A stretch of 62,111 bases of DNA, from assembly GCA_041288095.1 (NCBI GenBank), contig JBGGMJ010000090.1, positions 1-62,111 on the forward strand, written 5' to 3'. Within the stretch, counting starts at the first letter, position 1, and every line of letters begins with the position of its first letter. The notes beneath the pieces are model-generated. The model had not been told where the DNA came from, did no database searches, and saw only the letters and a list, made by a program, of their open reading frames with translations. The stretch is from Myxococcota bacterium (GTDB lineage Bacteria > Myxococcota > XYA12-FULL-58-9 > JALHOP01). Positions 58,821 to 62,111 of this stretch are shown in pieces. Made by a program: the position numbers and the translations under genes.

Positions 58821-60002
58821 ATGTCCTTCTTCGGCAAGATTCGCGACGCCCTGTTCGGCACGACGCCCGAAGTCCCACCCGCGCCGGCGCCTACCCCGGC
58901 CCCAGAGGCGCAGCCGGCGGCCACCGCCGAGAAGGCGGCTCCCAAGCAGCAGAGCGCCGCGGACCTGTCGCTCGACAAGGCAACGGACAACGACGCCGCG
59001 CGTGACGTCGCGAAGCACCAAGAAGCGCCGCCAAGCAGCGCCAAGCCGCGCAGCGAGCGTGGCGGCAACGCCTCACCGACGGACGCGCTCTACACCGCCG
59101 CGGTCGAGCAGGCGCAACTAGGCGGCAAGGGCGGCGACCTGAGCTCCGCCGAGTTCGTGCAGCTCGGCGAAAGCGCCATCAAGACGCTCAAGGGCGACGA
59201 GGGTGCCATCGACCGGATGGTCGCCGAGCATGTCGAGCGCGCCAACACGATCAAGGGCGACCTCCAAGACGCGCTCGATGACCTCAACGAGGGGCTGCTC
59301 CCCAACCTCGATCGCGCCACGTGGGACCGGCTCGTGAAGCTGACCGGCTTCAACATGAAGAACCCGCCCATTGGCGACCGTTCGCCGGAAGCCCTGGCGC
59401 GCGTCCGCAAAGAGCTCAAGTTGTTCGTCGCCAACAGCGACCGCTTCACCCTGGGGCCGAAGATCGAGCGCGACAAGCGCGCCGGCGACGCCTACAAAAA
59501 GGTCGACGCTCTCAGCTCGAAGCTCGCCTACCTGGGTGAGATCGTCGAGCGCTTCAAGCGCGCCAAGGCGAGCATCGGCAAGCATATTGTCGACATCCAG
59601 AAGCACATTCAAGACGCCAAGGCCAATCCGCAAAAGCGGATCACGCAGCGCGAAGCCGAACAGAAGCTGGGTCGCGAGCCCATGCACCGCCGCCGCGAAG
59701 AGGTTTCGGTGCTCCGCAGAGCCTACGAGGTCTGCTCGCGGCACGTGAAGCTCGATAGCCCGCCCTACAGCCAGCTCCCGTGGTTCTGGTGGTACGTCTT
59801 CACGGGCGCCCAATACGACCGCACCTTCCGGCCCAAAGAGGTCGAGGACTACATGCGCGAGCATCCGGAGTACAAACCGCCGGTGCCGCGGCCGCCCGAC
59901 CCGCCCGAAAATCCCGAGGAGCCATGGCCGAACCCCGAGCCATGGCCCGTGCCGTGGCCCTACCCGGAACCCTGGCCTTGGCCCCACCCGCCCGAGTCAT
60001 AG
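58821..60002 (+). CDS. Hypothetical helical protein with Pro/Trp-repeat C-terminal tail
   Basis: 393-aa ORF ending '...PEEPWPNPEPWPVPWPYPEPWPWPHPPES'. Confidence 0.75.
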   Translation: MSFFGKIRDALFGTTPEVPPAPAPTPAPEAQPAATAEKAAPKQQSAADLSLDKATDNDAARDVAKHQEAPPSSAKPRSERGGNASPTDALYTAAVEQAQLGGKGGDLSSAEFVQLGESAIKTLKGDEGAIDRMVAEHVERANTIKGDLQDALDDLNEGLLPNLDRATWDRLVKLTGFNMKNPPIGDRSPEALARVRKELKLFVANSDRFTLGPKIERDKRAGDAYKKVDALSSKLAYLGEIVERFKRAKASIGKHIVDIQKHIQDAKANPQKRITQREAEQKLGREPMHRRREEVSVLRRAYEVCSRHVKLDSPPYSQLPWFWWYVFTGAQYDRTFRPKEVEDYMREHPEYKPPVPRPPDPPENPEEPWPNPEPWPVPWPYPEPWPWPHPPES

Positions 60003-60014
60003 CGGAGGTCCGAG

Positions 60015-61640
60015 ATGGCTCAGACGATCCGTGTGCTTTCCTACGCGGTAAACGGCACCGGCGTCGGTCATCTCAACCGTTTGATCGGTATCAATCGCTG
60101 GCTGCGTCGCTACGCGGCGCACGCTGGCGCGCGCATCGAGCCGATCTTTCTCACCTCGAGCGAGGCCGACGGTCTCCTGCTCACCGAGAAAATCGCCTCG
60201 TTCAAGATGCCGTCGAAGACGGTGGTCGCCGAGAGCGGCATCTCGCAGGGCACCTACCTGGCGCTGGCCAAGCAATGGGTCTGGCACTCCATCGCCCTCT
60301 TCCGGCCGGACATCTTCATCGTCGACACCTGGCCGCACGGTAGCTTCGGCGAGCTGGCTTCGGCGCTGGACCTCTGCAAGCGCCGCGTCTTCATCTACCG
60401 GCCGGTGAACGATCGCATCGGTGGCGACCCGTCCTTTCAGCACATGCTGCACTACTACGACGCGCTCATCGTCCCGGAGAACCGCGGCGACGTCGAAGTC
60501 GTGTGCGCGCCGGAGCTGCAAGACAAGCTCACTTACGTCGGCCCGATCATGACGCGCGAGCCCGCGGAGCTGTTCTCGCGGACAGAGGCACGTGACCGAC
60601 TTGGCATCTACGGCGACCGTACCGCCATCTACGTCTCCGCCGGTGGCGGCGGCGATCCGACCTCCGAAGAGCACCTGCTCAACGTCTGCACCGCCCTCAT
60701 CGACGATCCGTCGCGCCACATCGTGGTCGGCGCGGGCCCCTTGTATCGAGGCCGCGTGCTCTCGGGTGACCGCATCACCTGGCTCGCGCACGGCGGCACC
60801 TCCGACCTGATGAACGGCATCGACCTCGCGGTCTGCGCCGCGGGCTACAATACCTTCCACGAGCTCATGCATGCCGGCGTGCCGACGGTCTTCATTCCGC
60901 AGGCAAAGCTCGCCGACGAGCAGGCGAAGCGCGCCGAGCGCGCGGTCGCGACCGGCGCGGCCATCATCATCGACGACACACTGTCGGGCGGCGCCGTCGA
61001 AGCCGCTATCGCGAAGCTGTCACCACGTTCCGTCCGCCAAAGCGCATCGCAAGCGGCGCGCGAGCTGGTACCGGTCAACGCCGCGCGTCGCGCCGCCGCG
61101 GAGATCCTCCGCCTGGTGCTGCCCCACGACGCCGTCGAGGCCGCCGAAGCCGCGGTGGACGACAAGCTCCTGCAGGCAGCCTACGAGTGCCGCACGTCGG
61201 TGTACCTGTTCTTCGACACCCTGCGCGCCTTCAAGATGCACCACGAGCTCGCTCGCCACGACGTCGAGGAAGCTCCCGAGCTGATAGCCGAAATCGTGAG
61301 CCTGATTCGCGCGACCACGGACCGCGGCATCCCCGCCAAGGTGGTGCAGAAGATCGCGGGCGTGCTGCGTTACAAGATGCAGAAGACGACGGTCCTCGAA
61401 CGCATCCGCGCCTTGAGCGCCATCATCATGCCGCTCGCGTCGTTCGGCGACTGGGTCGGCGCCACCAGCCTGGTGAAGACCATCGACATTCCAGCCGCCG
61501 AGCTCGCGAACGAGCAGATGGAAGAGCTGGCGACGACGCTGGCGACGCTACGCCGCCAGGGCCGCAGCGTCTACGACGCGATAGCGGTCATCTCCGAGCA
61601 GCAGGAACAAGCCGCCGAAGCGCGGCGCTTGAACGGGTAG
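60015..61640 (+). CDS. GT-B (GT28/MurG-like) glycosyltransferase with helical C-terminal extension
   Basis: 'NGTGVGHLNR', 'SAGGGG', 'AAGYNTFHE', 'DEQAKRA'; RBS GGAGG. Confidence 0.85.
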   Translation: MAQTIRVLSYAVNGTGVGHLNRLIGINRWLRRYAAHAGARIEPIFLTSSEADGLLLTEKIASFKMPSKTVVAESGISQGTYLALAKQWVWHSIALFRPDIFIVDTWPHGSFGELASALDLCKRRVFIYRPVNDRIGGDPSFQHMLHYYDALIVPENRGDVEVVCAPELQDKLTYVGPIMTREPAELFSRTEARDRLGIYGDRTAIYVSAGGGGDPTSEEHLLNVCTALIDDPSRHIVVGAGPLYRGRVLSGDRITWLAHGGTSDLMNGIDLAVCAAGYNTFHELMHAGVPTVFIPQAKLADEQAKRAERAVATGAAIIIDDTLSGGAVEAAIAKLSPRSVRQSASQAARELVPVNAARRAAAEILRLVLPHDAVEAAEAAVDDKLLQAAYECRTSVYLFFDTLRAFKMHHELARHDVEEAPELIAEIVSLIRATTDRGIPAKVVQKIAGVLRYKMQKTTVLERIRALSAIIMPLASFGDWVGATSLVKTIDIPAAELANEQMEELATTLATLRRQGRSVYDAIAVISEQQEQAAEARRLNG

Positions 61641-61711
61641 CGGCCCTACGCGAACACCTGGAATACTTCGCACCTTTGACGGAGCTTCGAAATTTTTTTT
61701 CGCCACACTAC

Positions 61712-61751
61712 GGCGTCGACGAAACCCTTCACAGGTTTCGTCGTCGACGCC
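61712..61751. repeat. Long inverted repeat / hairpin
   Basis: GGCGTCGACGAAACC-cttcaca-GGTTTCGTC(gtc)GACGCC: 15-bp stem with a 3-nt bulge. Confidence 0.7.
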
Positions 61752-61878
61752 ACTTTCGCGCAATGAGCTACCGCGCCCAGTTGGAATGATTTGCCTCACT
61801 GGCGAGCCGCTATCGCGTTGCCTATCGATGGGCTTGTGGTTTGGCACCGAGGGAGTTTGCTTGACCCACTGCCTTCGC

Positions 61879-61905
61879 TTCGAAAATGCACCGGTGCATT
61901 TCGAA
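61879..61905. promoter_or_regulatory. Palindrome, candidate operator
   Basis: Perfect 18-bp core AAATGCACCGGTGCATTT (61884-61901) flanked by TTCGA/CGAA. Confidence 0.5.
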
Positions 61906-62111
61906 CGTACTTTTCTTGATGAAATCGACATTCTGAAGACGAATATTATTGACGCGTCTCCGCGATGACACCGCGTTAGCGGACCGACGCCCACGCTATA
62001 GTGCCCTCTCGTTGCGTAGGCGCGCGCTCAGTTGCGTCCGGCGAAAAGCTCGGGATGTTTTCACATCCGCGTCGGTTTGCGTGCGGCCTTGGCCCTGGAA
62101 AGGGGCAAAAA

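Noticed and set aside
61641..62111. Replication origin
   Set aside because: No convincing DnaA boxes (TTATCCACA) seen and no dnaA/dnaN context in the window

Overview
High-GC bacterial chromosomal window, densely coding. It looks Myxococcota-like: MYXO-CTERM tail, Gly/Asp-rich and LVIVD lipoproteins, a TonB-fused TonB-dependent receptor and a Ser/Thr kinase. Recognisable housekeeping content: yicC, truncated globin, lptC-like, tRNA-Cys(GCA), two SpoU/TrmH methylases, ybgC, a liv ABC transporter with a fused binding protein-permease, PAS two-component genes, surface-glycan enzymes and hppD-maiA. The best candidate for an undescribed system is at 31.9-40.4 kb: ECF sigma, membrane anti-sigma, and an exported caspase with a beta-solenoid and an OM-barrel-like C-terminus, followed by exbB-exbD-tonB-TBDT-lipoprotein. 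The same motif GTGACAC-N17-GTTCCA lies upstream of both the sigma gene and exbB. A second theme is a scattered set of orphan, signal-peptide-less, effector-like genes: a clan-CD-protease-tipped polymorphic-toxin-like protein, a thermolysin-like protease with an apparently C-terminal propeptide, an annexin-motif/ART-like protein and an EF-hand membrane protein. Several orphans carry sigma28-like promoters, and an orphan FliK/SctP-like gene is present. A radical-SAM/glycosyltransferase cluster flanks a protein with a Pro/Trp-repeat tail. No CRISPR array, integrase or transposase was seen. All calls come from reading motifs by eye; no database search was run, so novelty is unverified.
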